Shown here one piece after another: positions 7,902 through 17,509 of a stretch of 32,000 bases of DNA. A program made the position numbers and the translations under genes. Below the pieces are notes generated by a model that was not told the origin of the DNA, did not search any database, and was given only the letters and a program-made list of their open reading frames with translations. The DNA comes from Acaryochloris thomasi RCC1774. GTDB taxonomy: Bacteria; Cyanobacteriota; Cyanobacteriia; Thermosynechococcales; Thermosynechococcaceae. The stretch lies in assembly GCF_003231495.1 (NCBI RefSeq), contig NZ_PQWO01000001.1:390001-422000 (forward strand). Direction: 5' to 3'. Each line of letters starts with the position of its first letter. The stretch's first letter is position 1.

Positions 7902-10900
7902 CTAAGCCTGGGCGGCGGAGCGGAGCTGCAGTCCGATGACCTGCGTGTGGGTACCTCGGGCCTGGGTGACCCCGATCGTTCGATCTGCGGCTTCAATCAT
8001 CGGGCGGCGCAGACTAATGACCATGAACTGTGTTTTCATTGCTTGCTGCCGAATCATTTTTGAAAGGCGTTCAACATTTGCGCCGTCAAGGTTCATGTCT
8101 ACTTCATCAAAAGCGTAAAACGGTGACGGACGATAGCTCTGCAGCGAAAAGATAAAGCTGAGGGCTGTTAAAGAACGCTCTCCCCCCGACATGGAGGCGA
8201 GGCGCTGAACGGGCTTGCCCTTGGGGTGGGCGATCATGTTCAGACCGCCCTGAAACGGATCCTCGGCATTTTCGAGCTGCAGATGCCCATCCCCATCTGA
8301 TAGTTCAGCAAATATTTTCTGAAAGTTGTCGTTGACGGCATTAAAGGCTTCGCTGAAGGCTTTGAGCCGCAATGTGGTGAAGTTCTCGATCCGCAGGAGC
8401 AGTTCTGTGCGCTCTTCTAGCAGCGTTTCTAGCTTTTCGGTAAGTTCTTCTAAGCGGGCCTGGGTGCGGTCGTACTCTTCAATGGCCAGCATATTGACTG
8501 GTTCCATCGCCTCTAGGCGACGCTGGAGAGATTTGAGCTGTTGCTGGAGCTGCTCTAGAGTGAGCTCCTCTGGTAGTTCTGGGAGTGGATCCGGTAGCTC
8601 TGCGGCTTGGGTGGCGAGCTGCGCTTGCACCTGCTGGAGCTGATCTTTATGCTCTTGTTCAGTCGCCTGGAGCTTTTCGAGCTGCCACAGTAGTTGTTGA
8701 TGGCCTTGGTTGAGTGCTTTGAGCTGCTGCTCGACGCGGTCTCGTTCTTGTTTGCCGCTCCCGAGCTTTTTCTCTAGTTCGGCAAGGTTGGTTTTTAGAG
8801 ATGCGATCGCAACCCCCATTTCTGCTTGCTTTGCTTTATTCTCTTCCTGTTGCTTCGCCTGCGTTTCCTGCTGCTGGGCATAGCTCTTAAGCTGCTGCTC
8901 TCCCTGCTGCTGTCGTTCCTGTAGTCGCTGCTGCTCAAGGTCAAATTCGCCTAGACTCTTCTGAGCCGCCTGCAAAGCCTGCTCTCGCTCCCGTAGGGCC
9001 ACCTCGCTTGCTTGAATCGTTTGCTGTAGCGCCTGCCACTCACCATGCGCCTGAGATTGCTCTAGTGTCATCAGCGCCTGCCGGATCTCTTCCAGTTGCG
9101 CTTCCTGCTGAGGGAGGCCAACTTCCAGTGCCTGCAGCCGTTCCTTCGCAGTGGCGAACTCCTGGGTATAGGCTTCGCCCTGAGTCGTTAAATGCTGACG
9201 CCTCGCGTTGAGGGTTTGCACCTCCCGGCTTAGCTGCTCTGCCCGAAGCTGAGCCTCTCTGTGCGCCTGTCGTCCCTGAATTAAGTCACGAGTGGCCTGG
9301 GCTAAACCCTCCTGCGCGGATCCGAGTCGCTGAGCTAAGGGATTCAGAAGGTCTTCGATTTCCTGTAGCCTGCGCCGGAGGGTGACAATAGCCGCTGATT
9401 CTCCGGCTTCGCCCGTACCAAAGTGAAGCGTCCGCTGATTGCTGCGGCTACCGCCAGTCATCGCACCTGTGGCCTCTAGCAGCTCTCCATCTAGAGTGAC
9501 CATGCGATGCCGACCGATGTGCTGCCGTGCCTCTGCTAAGGAAGGGAAAACCACCGTGCCGCCGAATACGTAGGCAAAAATGGGCTCATATTCAGGATCA
9601 AAGTCAATTAGCCGCAGCGCATAGTCAATGGCCCCCGCCTCTCTCAGGGGCGGCAGTCCTTTGGGACGGCGGATTTTGTTGAGGGGCAAAAATGTTGCGC
9701 GTCCGCCGCGCTCTTGCTTGAGAATTTCAATCCCAGCGGCGGCGACCTGATCATCTTCGACCACGAGCTGCCCCATGCGGCCACCGGCGGCGACCTCTAA
9801 AGCCACTTGGTAGCGAGCATCCACCTGACCGAGCTGAGCGACTAAACCCAGTACACCCTCTAACCTCGCTTTACGGATAATGCGGGTGGCGTGGGTGCCT
9901 TGGGCCTCTTGCTGGGCCTGCTCCTGTGCCTCTAACTTATCGAGCTGTCGCTGTTTCTCCTGCTGCTCTCGCAGCAGACGCTTTTGCGTTTCATCTTGGG
10001 TATGGATGGACTCATCAGAGTTGGCAACTGCCGAAGCCAGTTCCTGCACCTTAGTTTCCTGCTCTGATACCGTCACCTCTGCCTGCTTTAGCTGGGCCTG
10101 CACCTCAGAGATTTCTTGATCGATCTGCTGGACTGAGCGGTCCTGAAGCTGCGTTTGTCGCTCAAGCTGCTGCACTCGCTCTCGCAATTGGGCCTGCTCC
10201 GCCCGCTGTGGCTCTAGGCTCTGTAGCAATGTGTTGCGCTGTTCATTGAGCTGAGTCTGCTGCAGCATCCAAGCATCGGCAGATTGCGCGGTTTCTTGGG
10301 ATTGCGATCGCACCTCTTCCAACCCTGCCTGAGCCTGATCGCGCTGCTGGGTTAAGGCCGCAATTTGTTCAGATTCTAATGCTTGACGCTTTTGCTCTAG
10401 ATCCGTCAGCCCCTGCTGGTAGCTTCTGATCTGCGTTTGGGTCTGCGCGATGGCCTCAACGGTCGCATCTTGAGCGGTCACAAGCTCTTCCTGCTGGCGC
10501 TGAAGCTGCCGCAGTTCTGCCTCTTGATTGGCAATCTGGGACTGCACTGCCAGATGTTCCTCTTCCCCCAAGGCTCTCACCTGGGCATTGAGTTCTTCTA
10601 GCTTGACGGTGACGGTCTGAATTTCAGCATTAGCCGCCGTAATCTTAGCAGCAAGCTGCTCTTGAGCCTCGGTATCCGCAACGAGCTGCTTCTGTAGTTT
10701 CTCAATCTGTCTTTGCAGATCCTGCCAGATCAGAACGCCTTCCCAGGTTTTCTTGTTTTGGAGTTCAGCACGGAGGGCTTTATACTTCTGGGCCTTGATG
10801 CGATCGCGATCTAAACGGTCTCGCTGCTCAACTAGCTCTGTTTCAACAATCCGGAACCGATCTTCTTGGTCTTTAACAGCATCAAGCTTGCCCCTCGCCT

Positions 10901-11561
10901 GTCCGATTTTGCGATCAAAGTTGGCGACTCCGGCAAGTTCGTCAATAATCTCCCGCCGCTGCCGCGCGTTCATCGAAACAATACTGGTGACGTCTCCCTG
11001 CAAAACCACGTTGTAGCCTTCAGGATAAACGCGGCGACGATTCAGTTCTTCATGCAGCTTTGAAAGGGTACAAGGCTCATCATTAATGGCGTAGGACGAT
11101 GTATATGTGCCTTGTTTCGTGACGCGCAGCTTACGGGTTACCTTCCATTCATCCGGTGCAAGCCCAGGCTCTTCTGAGTCTTCTATCTGAATAGGTGCGG
11201 CTCCATTCTTCGAAGCAGGTGTCTCTGCCTCACTGACCGCCGCTTCGTGTGCAGCCAAGGTAGATTCCTGTTCAGCGAGTTCTTCAACCTCTGCCTCATC
11301 AAGCTGAAACGTGACTGAAACCCGCGTTTCAATAATGGCGTGGCCCCGCTTTACTTGAGAGTGATTGACCAAATCGGGCAGTCGCTCAGCCCGCATCCCC
11401 TTAGAGCTAGAGAGACCCAATGCAAACAGCAGCGCATCTAACAGATTAGACTTACCGGAACCGTTAGGCCCCGAGACGACGGTAAACCCAGGCAGCATCG
11501 GGATCTTCGTCGTGCCACCAAAAGACTTGAAGTTAGAAAGTTCGAGCTGCTTTACGTACAC
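7902..11561 (-). CDS. smc: Chromosome segregation ATPase SMC
   Basis: 1219 aa with a GTG start. Walker A: FTVVSGPNGSGKSNLLDAL. Long Q/E-rich coiled coils. Hinge: GVLGLVAQLGQVDARYQVALEVAAGGRMGQLVVEDD. Signature and Walker B: LSGGERSLTALSFIFSLQ...PFYAFDEVDMNLD. Confidence 0.97.
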   Translation of the reverse strand: MYVKQLELSNFKSFGGTTKIPMLPGFTVVSGPNGSGKSNLLDALLFALGLSSSKGMRAERLPDLVNHSQVKRGHAIIETRVSVTFQLDEAEVEELAEQESTLAAHEAAVSEAETPASKNGAAPIQIEDSEEPGLAPDEWKVTRKLRVTKQGTYTSSYAINDEPCTLSKLHEELNRRRVYPEGYNVVLQGDVTSIVSMNARQRREIIDELAGVANFDRKIGQARGKLDAVKDQEDRFRIVETELVEQRDRLDRDRIKAQKYKALRAELQNKKTWEGVLIWQDLQRQIEKLQKQLVADTEAQEQLAAKITAANAEIQTVTVKLEELNAQVRALGEEEHLAVQSQIANQEAELRQLQRQQEELVTAQDATVEAIAQTQTQIRSYQQGLTDLEQKRQALESEQIAALTQQRDQAQAGLEEVRSQSQETAQSADAWMLQQTQLNEQRNTLLQSLEPQRAEQAQLRERVQQLERQTQLQDRSVQQIDQEISEVQAQLKQAEVTVSEQETKVQELASAVANSDESIHTQDETQKRLLREQQEKQRQLDKLEAQEQAQQEAQGTHATRIIRKARLEGVLGLVAQLGQVDARYQVALEVAAGGRMGQLVVEDDQVAAAGIEILKQERGGRATFLPLNKIRRPKGLPPLREAGAIDYALRLIDFDPEYEPIFAYVFGGTVVFPSLAEARQHIGRHRMVTLDGELLEATGAMTGGSRSNQRTLHFGTGEAGESAAIVTLRRRLQEIEDLLNPLAQRLGSAQEGLAQATRDLIQGRQAHREAQLRAEQLSREVQTLNARRQHLTTQGEAYTQEFATAKERLQALEVGLPQQEAQLEEIRQALMTLEQSQAHGEWQALQQTIQASEVALREREQALQAAQKSLGEFDLEQQRLQERQQQGEQQLKSYAQQQETQAKQQEENKAKQAEMGVAIASLKTNLAELEKKLGSGKQERDRVEQQLKALNQGHQQLLWQLEKLQATEQEHKDQLQQVQAQLATQAAELPDPLPELPEELTLEQLQQQLKSLQRRLEAMEPVNMLAIEEYDRTQARLEELTEKLETLLEERTELLLRIENFTTLRLKAFSEAFNAVNDNFQKIFAELSDGDGHLQLENAEDPFQGGLNMIAHPKGKPVQRLASMSGGERSLTALSFIFSLQSYRPSPFYAFDEVDMNLDGANVERLSKMIRQQAMKTQFMVISLRRPMIEAADRTIGVTQARGTHTQVIGLQLRSAAQA

Positions 11562-11764
11562 AAATTGCCAGTTAAGTTAAGCCATCATTACACAGGTCTC
11601 TAACATTGACTATATATAGCCAAATACGCGAATTGCCAACAGGGTAGCATGTCTGTTCTACTTTGATGCCTGAACCCAGAAAATTACCGTTTTTGATACC
11701 TGTCAGCCCTTAACATTCGCTACGCTAAAAGGAACAGTCAGTACTCTTAACCAGACAGAAAATT

Positions 11765-12418
11765 ATGGGTTTATTTGGATTCGGCAAAAAACTCACTCTT
11801 CCCACCTCTGAGGAAGCGTTAGCAGGACGGTCAGCAACGATGCCCATCCCCGCTCAGCATTACGTCAACGGCCATCCGCTCAAGCCGCCCTTCCCTGATG
11901 GTATGGAGACAGCCATCTTTGGCCTTGGGTGTTTCTGGGGAGCCGAGCGCAAGTTTTGGCAGCAGGAGGGCGTCTACAGTACGGCTGTGGGCTACGCGGC
12001 AGGACAAACCCCTAACCCCACCTACGAAGAAGTCTGTTCAGGAATGACGGGCCACAACGAAGTGGTGCTGGTTGTGTTTGACCCTAGCGTAATTTCTTAC
12101 TCTGATCTCCTCAAGGTCTTTTGGGAAAGCCACAATCCCACTCAAGGAATGCAGCAGGGCAACGACACCGGCACGCAATATCGCTCCGGTATTTATGCGT
12201 TCTCTGACGAGCAGAAGCGATTAGCAGAAGCCTCTCGTGATGCCTATCAACCGGCCCTGACTAAAGCCGGTTATGGAGAGATTACCACTGAGATTCTGGA
12301 TGCTCCTGCGTTTTACTATGCTGAAGATTATCATCAGCAGTATCTCGCCAAAAATCCTCGTGGATACTGTGGCCTAGGCGGAACAAATGTCTCTTGCCCA
12401 ACCCCAGTTGAGGTGTAA
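11765..12418 (+). CDS. msrA: Peptide-methionine (S)-S-oxide reductase MsrA
   Basis: 217 aa. Catalytic motif [13 protein letters not shown], plus [12 protein letters not shown] and the [10 protein letters not shown] blocks. Confidence 0.97.
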   Translation: MGLFGFGKKLTLPTSEEALAGRSATMPIPAQHYVNGHPLKPPFPDGMETAIFGLGCFWGAERKFWQQEGVYSTAVGYAAGQTPNPTYEEVCSGMTGHNEVVLVVFDPSVISYSDLLKVFWESHNPTQGMQQGNDTGTQYRSGIYAFSDEQKRLAEASRDAYQPALTKAGYGEITTEILDAPAFYYAEDYHQQYLAKNPRGYCGLGGTNVSCPTPVEV

Positions 12419-12431
12419 TTCCAAGAAATTA

Positions 12432-12467
12432 GCAGCAGAGTTGTCGATGCACACTGGACTCTGCTGC
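12432..12467 (+). terminator. Candidate msrA terminator hairpin
   Basis: A 10-bp perfect stem, GCAGCAGAGT (12432..12441) with ACTCTGCTGC (12458..12467), starts 14 nt after the stop. The T-run is weak (ctacgTTTTgag). Confidence 0.4.
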
Positions 12468-12812
12468 CTACGTTTTGAGACTGACTATAACGTCGTCTTT
12501 CTCAGTTTTTTGACCTCTTTTGCGGTGAAAAACAGGCTTAGTTAAAGTGCTAAATTATTGCGCAATAATATTTCGTTCTGTGAATCAATCGTATAGGACA
12601 GAAAATTGCAGGTCATAATGAGAAGGTATGCTGCGCTGAGAGACCAGCATCAAACTCATATTAATTGCAGGCTGAAATTGACGAGAGTGCATGACCGTTA
12701 GCCTATCAAATTTTTCGACAGCAACTGAAGCGAACTCCCCAATATTCAGCATTGTCTACCAATAGTAAAAATTCTCAGTGTGGCTGTATCTCTACAAGCT
12801 AGGAGAACAGTG

Positions 12813-13346
12813 ATGAACACTATTCAAGAGCTACTGCACGAATACAATCAAGGCTATCGAGATTTTTCCGCGATTCGGTTCCATGGTGGCAATTTAGGCT
12901 CTTTGAGTCTCAGCGGCATTGACTTCAGCCGTGCGGATTTGAGCAGTACCAATCTGAGCGGTACTGATTTGAGTCGAGCGAATTTGAGCCAAGCAAATTT
13001 AACCGATGCCGATCTTAAAGGTGCCGATCTAAGCGGTGCCAACTTGCGTGATGTGAACTTAATTGGCGCAGACCTACGGCTGGCAAGCTTAGTCGGTGTT
13101 GATTTATCGCAGGCTGATTTACGTGGCGCGGACCTAGAGGGCGCAGACCTGAGCGGTGCCAACTTGAGTGAGGTTGAACTGAGTGGTGCGAACCTCTGTC
13201 AGGTCAATCTAGAGGGAGCCTGCATTGATAAAACAGATCTTGAAGATGCTCAACGTGAAGGCATTAACCTTGATCAGCTCGCATCCTGTACCCAAGGGGC
13301 AGACACCGGTACAAATCACCGCTGGCGATCTTGGGGACTCCATTAA
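12813..13346 (+). CDS. Pentapeptide-repeat protein
   Basis: I trimmed the start to ATG 12813 (AGGAGAacagtgATG). About 25 tandem A(D/N)LSx pentapeptides are present (ADLSSTNLSGTDLSRANLSQANLTDADLKGADLSGANL...). Confidence 0.9.
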   Translation: MNTIQELLHEYNQGYRDFSAIRFHGGNLGSLSLSGIDFSRADLSSTNLSGTDLSRANLSQANLTDADLKGADLSGANLRDVNLIGADLRLASLVGVDLSQADLRGADLEGADLSGANLSEVELSGANLCQVNLEGACIDKTDLEDAQREGINLDQLASCTQGADTGTNHRWRSWGLH

Positions 13347-13418
13347 CTTGCAGATTCTCTGGCAGAGATCGCAATCGACTGTGTAATCCTGAAGAGGTGG
13401 TCTCTGTCAGCTTTTGCG

Positions 13419-14861
13419 ATGCAAGTTCAGTCCCGTGATGTCTCTTGCCAAGATCGGCCCCTCTGGTCTCGGGCGATGGCTCAGCCTGCTGTTGAGTTTG
13501 GTCCGACACCGTTGCGGGTTATTGAGGGGCAGATCCCGGCGGGGCTGCGGGGGACGCTCTATCGCAATGGTCCGGGGCGGCTGCAGCGCTCGGGTCAATA
13601 CGTCGATCACTGGTTTGACGGGGATGGCGCGATTCTGGCAGTGCATTTCACTGAAGCAGGGGCGATAGGTCTCTATCGCTATGTGCAAACTCAGGAGTTT
13701 CAGACCGAAGAGCAGGCCAATCAGTATCTTTATTCTGGCTATGGCCAACTAGCCCCTGGTCCGTTCTGGAAGCGCTGGGGTAGTCAGCCTAAGAATGCGG
13801 CGAATACCTCTGTCCTCGCTCTGCCAGATAAGCTGCTGGCGCTCTGGGAAGGGGGAAATCCCTATGCTTTGGATCTCGAAACTCTTGAGACTCATGGCTT
13901 AGATGATTTGGGGAGTCTGAAGGCGACTCAGACTTATTCAGCGCATCCAAAACGCGATCCGCAAACGAGCGATCTGTATAACTTTGGCATTATCTATGGG
14001 CCTCGTAGCTATATTCAGCTCTATCGCAGTGATGCTTCTGGCCAGATTCTGCAGCAAGGGAAGGTTGCGCTTGATCGGGTTTCTTTGATTCATGACTTTG
14101 TGTTATCGGGGCCGTATCTGGTCTTTCTGATGCCTCCGGTGGTGCTGAAGCTGATACCCATTGTGTTTGGTACCCAGAGCTTTAGTGATGCCCTGCAGTG
14201 GCAGCCCCAGTACGGCACACAAATTGTGGTGGTGGATCGTAAAACGCTAAAAGAAGTGACCCGCATTGAAGCCGATCCCTGGTTCCAGTGGCATATCGGC
14301 AATGGTTTTCAGGCGAATGATGGTTCGGTGGTGATTGACTATGTTCGCTACCCGAATTTCGATACGAATCAGTGGCTTAAGGAAGTGGTGAGTGGATGTC
14401 CGACGACGCCTGCGGCAGGGCATCTATGGCGGCTACGTCTTGATCCGGTGGCGGGGAAGGTGGTTGCTAATGAACAGCAGCTCGATCTTGAGTGCGAGTT
14501 TCCGATTACGCCTATGGCTGAGGTCGGACGGCAGCATCCATCGCTGTATCTCTCCTGTCAGTCTCAGCGACTGGCCAAGGTGGAAGAAAATTTTGATAGC
14601 GTTGCCCATTTCAATTTAGAGACGGGGCAATTGACGCTGGCGACGTTCGCAAGCGGTTGCTACCCGATTGAACCCATTCATGTGAGCCACCCTGATGACC
14701 CAAGCCAGAGCTGGATGCTGACGGTTGTGTTTGATGGGAATCGGGACCAAAGTACGGTGCAGATTTTCAATGCTCAGTGTCTAGATGCGGGACCGCTCTG
14801 CATTTTGGAGCTGCCCGAGGTGGTTCCCATCGGGTTTCATGGAACCTGGCGACCTCAGTGA
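13419..14861 (+). CDS. Carotenoid cleavage oxygenase family protein (apocarotenoid oxygenase-like)
   Basis: 480 aa. Family blocks: LRGTLYRNGPGRL and HWFDGDGAI. The four iron-ligand His contexts are present: SAHPKRD, LIHDF, QWHIGNGF and GFHGTWRP. An alternative start is ATG 13476 (MAQPAVEF). Confidence 0.9.
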   Translation: MQVQSRDVSCQDRPLWSRAMAQPAVEFGPTPLRVIEGQIPAGLRGTLYRNGPGRLQRSGQYVDHWFDGDGAILAVHFTEAGAIGLYRYVQTQEFQTEEQANQYLYSGYGQLAPGPFWKRWGSQPKNAANTSVLALPDKLLALWEGGNPYALDLETLETHGLDDLGSLKATQTYSAHPKRDPQTSDLYNFGIIYGPRSYIQLYRSDASGQILQQGKVALDRVSLIHDFVLSGPYLVFLMPPVVLKLIPIVFGTQSFSDALQWQPQYGTQIVVVDRKTLKEVTRIEADPWFQWHIGNGFQANDGSVVIDYVRYPNFDTNQWLKEVVSGCPTTPAAGHLWRLRLDPVAGKVVANEQQLDLECEFPITPMAEVGRQHPSLYLSCQSQRLAKVEENFDSVAHFNLETGQLTLATFASGCYPIEPIHVSHPDDPSQSWMLTVVFDGNRDQSTVQIFNAQCLDAGPLCILELPEVVPIGFHGTWRPQ

Positions 14862-14869
14862 CTCCGGGA

Positions 14870-15766
14870 ATGAATCAGGGGTGGGTTTATCACGACTGTG
14901 TGAATCGGGCGGCGAGTGGGGTGACGCTGCTCGATTATTACGCCCAGCGATATCGGCGCTTTAGCGCTCAGGACTGGCGATCGCGAATCGAAAACGGTCA
15001 GGTTTGCGTGGAGGGGAATCCAGGAACGGTGGATACGGTTGTGCAAGCAGGACAGAAACTGACCTATCACCGTCCGCCGTGGCAGGAACCAGAGGCTCCG
15101 CTGTCGTTTGAGGTTTTATACGAGGATGAAGATTTACTTGCGATCGCAAAACCCTCTGGCCTTCCCGTCCTCCCCGGCGGTGGCTTTCTCGAGCATACGC
15201 TGCTGCATTTACTGCGCAAACGCTATCCCAAAGAGACTCCTGTGCCGGTGCATCGCTTGGGTCGGGGCACGTCGGGACTGGTGTTGTTGGCTCGGTCGGC
15301 CTTAGCACGATCGGAATTGAGTCGAGAGATTCGCGATCGCAAACTCCAAAAAATCTATCGCGCTTTGATCGGCCCTTGTGACCTACCGGAGCAGCTCACC
15401 ATCGAACAACCCATCGACAAAATTCCTCACCCATTTTTGGGACATATCTACAGCGCCACCCCCAGCGGTAAATACTCCCGTAGCGATGTGCAGGTGCTGC
15501 AGCGGACAGACCAATCTACACTGGTAGAGGTCTCAATCCTCACCGGACGTCCCCATCAGATTCGGATTCATTTGGCGGCTGTCGGATTCCCGCTTTTGGG
15601 CGATCCGCTCTACGGTATTGGAGGTGTGCCGTCGCTAGAGACGCAGGCAGTACCGGGAGACTGTGGCTACCATCTCCATGCTTCTCGATTGGGATTTGTA
15701 CACCCAAGAACCCAAGAGTCTGTTGCAATAGAGTGCTTGCCACCTGATTTACTATGCATGGATTAG
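14870..15766 (+). CDS. RluA-family pseudouridine synthase with an N-terminal S4-like domain; the motif II Asp is replaced by Gly
   Basis: Blocks present: LYEDEDLLAIAKPSGLPV, VHRLGRGTSGLVLLARS, KIYRALI and LTGRPHQIRIHLAAVGFPLLGDPLYG. The start is taken at ATG 14870. GTG 14858, which overlaps the upstream stop (caGTGA), is an alternative. Confidence 0.85.
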   Translation: MNQGWVYHDCVNRAASGVTLLDYYAQRYRRFSAQDWRSRIENGQVCVEGNPGTVDTVVQAGQKLTYHRPPWQEPEAPLSFEVLYEDEDLLAIAKPSGLPVLPGGGFLEHTLLHLLRKRYPKETPVPVHRLGRGTSGLVLLARSALARSELSREIRDRKLQKIYRALIGPCDLPEQLTIEQPIDKIPHPFLGHIYSATPSGKYSRSDVQVLQRTDQSTLVEVSILTGRPHQIRIHLAAVGFPLLGDPLYGIGGVPSLETQAVPGDCGYHLHASRLGFVHPRTQESVAIECLPPDLLCMD

Positions 15767-16015
15767 ACTTTTCGCAAATCAGTGATCTTGTTCCAGGATG
15801 TTCTCCGATACTGCACCGGGCGTTACTCATCGTCTTCGAGCCAATCGTCAGCTATTGAGAGACCTTCGATAATATCTAGGTAGACTACTTGCTAATCGGC
15901 TTGGTTCAACAACACTGCTTTGGAGGGATTGAGAATCAAAGCATTGTCCAGGAAGCCTCTAGATTGGGAATACTGATTTGTGTAATACCAATGTACAGTT
16001 ACAGATCTTTTGCTA

Positions 16016-16621
16016 ATGCTGAACTCAGAAAGCTTCACTCAACGCCTCGGCGCTAGCACCGTTGTCTGCACAACTTTCCTGCTAGTGGCTATTGGAGGGT
16101 GTTCTACGGCTAAGACCCCCGAGGCTTCATCATCAGCCATTAGTAACGTAGCAATTGAAGAAACGTCACCGGTTTCTAATGGTGGAGTAACTGAAGAAAC
16201 ACCACCGCCCCCTGTTGAAATAGTCATCGAAAAGACACCAGCGACCCCTGGTAGCGTAGTAACTCAAGAGACAAAGCCTATTTATAAACCGGCTGACAGT
16301 ACTGTAGTTGCTAAAGCAGAGTCAGTGCAGGAAATTCCTAAGCAGTTTCAAGGTGAATGGAACGCTGACTTAGCGCAGTGTGGTTCTGAAGGCAGTGATG
16401 GCAGGCTTGAGATCAAGGCCAAACAGGTTCTGTTTTATGAAAGCAGCGGGCCTATTCAAGATATTACGAGTGATGGAGATCGCAACCTAACTGGAACAGT
16501 TGAGCTATCCGGTGAAGGCGAGACTTGGCAGACTGAATTGGAGCTACAGCTCTCTGAAGATAAAAGTGCCTTAACTCAAATCATGGATGACAATTCCTTT
16601 GTTCGCTATCGGTGTTCCTGA
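16016..16621 (+). CDS. Hypothetical lipoprotein
   Basis: Signal peptide with lipobox LLVAIGGCS, then a Pro/Thr/Glu-rich linker and a roughly 100-aa C-terminal domain with no family I recognise. The start is taken at ATG 16016; the ORF track begins at TTG 16010. Confidence 0.6.
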   Translation: MLNSESFTQRLGASTVVCTTFLLVAIGGCSTAKTPEASSSAISNVAIEETSPVSNGGVTEETPPPPVEIVIEKTPATPGSVVTQETKPIYKPADSTVVAKAESVQEIPKQFQGEWNADLAQCGSEGSDGRLEIKAKQVLFYESSGPIQDITSDGDRNLTGTVELSGEGETWQTELELQLSEDKSALTQIMDDNSFVRYRCS

Positions 16622-16693
16622 TTTCTGTTATTGATGACCGCGTATCTGGGACTGGTGACTTTCAACTGTCTACTGCACTTGAGCTATTGAGTT

Positions 16694-17206
16694 TCATGCT
16701 TTTTTGACGAATGGCATCAAGTGCAGCATGTAATCTTTTTTACCAATGGGTACACCCAACTTGCGAAGAATGTCGTAAGCCGTGACCATATGGAAATAGA
16801 AATTTGGAATCAGAAAGTCATCCAAATAGGCGCTACCTGATAGCTCGAAGTAAAGACTCTGACCTAAATCTATTCGTGAAACCTCATCCAGTTTTGCGTC
16901 TTCAACGTTAATTCCCTCCAACCGCTCCTTGGTGTTCGCGATATGCTCGTACGCCTGAGAGAGAGAGTTGACCTCTGGATCTAAATTATTCGCTGGTTTG
17001 TTGTCACACCACAGCGCAAAGTTGCGGGGTTGATTACACGTGAAAGCGATCTGTGTGCCGAAGGGAAGCATATCAGCCACAATGCGCTCCTGAAGAAACG
17101 ACTCGCTATCAGAGAAATGAGCTTGAGCTGTCTTCAGCAGGTGCTCAAGCGTCGTTAAGCGGCTGTCGAAGCGGGTTTTGATTGAATCTATATTCTGACT
17201 TGGCAT
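16694..17206 (-). CDS. DUF1993 domain protein
   Basis: I trimmed the start to ATG 17206 (GAGGAaccataaaATG). The C-terminal block FLIPNFYFHMVTAYDILRKLGVPIGKKDYM is characteristic of DUF1993. Confidence 0.75.
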   Translation of the reverse strand: MPSQNIDSIKTRFDSRLTTLEHLLKTAQAHFSDSESFLQERIVADMLPFGTQIAFTCNQPRNFALWCDNKPANNLDPEVNSLSQAYEHIANTKERLEGINVEDAKLDEVSRIDLGQSLYFELSGSAYLDDFLIPNFYFHMVTAYDILRKLGVPIGKKDYMLHLMPFVKKA

Positions 17207-17509
17207 TTTATGGTTCCTCAAGACTAAATTTCATAAAGTTTGTGTGTATCAAGGATCTATGATTTATCTACAACTCGTGAAATCCTTGCTAGACAAGAAT
17301 CCTCCAACGAATTCAAAGGGTTATGAAATACAGCTTCCTGCAAGTTTTCTGAAATCTATTTCACTATTCTCCCTCTAGAATTGATACCGCTGGCGAAATA
17401 TATATTCAGTAACATCATCCACTTCATACTGTTCTGAGAGGAGCTGTGATGGAATGAAACTTTCTACCTCCCACAGACTCCGACGAGCTTATCTCACAAA
17501 GTCACGTGA

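Noticed and set aside
8326-8643. Ser/Cys/Trp-rich ORFs antisense to smc (for example 8326..8643, 9880..10119, 10753..11016).
   Set aside because: They lie entirely within the well-supported smc CDS. Their low-complexity composition is the mirror image of the Gln/Glu/Leu-rich coiled-coil codons.
7902-11561. Whether the SMC-family gene could be part of a defence system (Lamassu, Wadjet or similar).
   Set aside because: It has the length, hinge and head motifs of the canonical chromosomal Smc. No partner genes (kleisin-like JetA/B/D, LmuA-type effectors) are adjacent, and it is flanked by msrA and a peptidase.
12854-13162. A 102-aa ORF antisense to the pentapeptide-repeat gene.
   Set aside because: It is an artefact of the 15-nt periodic repeat, and its translation is itself a degenerate repeat (SAPLRSAP...). 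The sense strand has an SD and a start.
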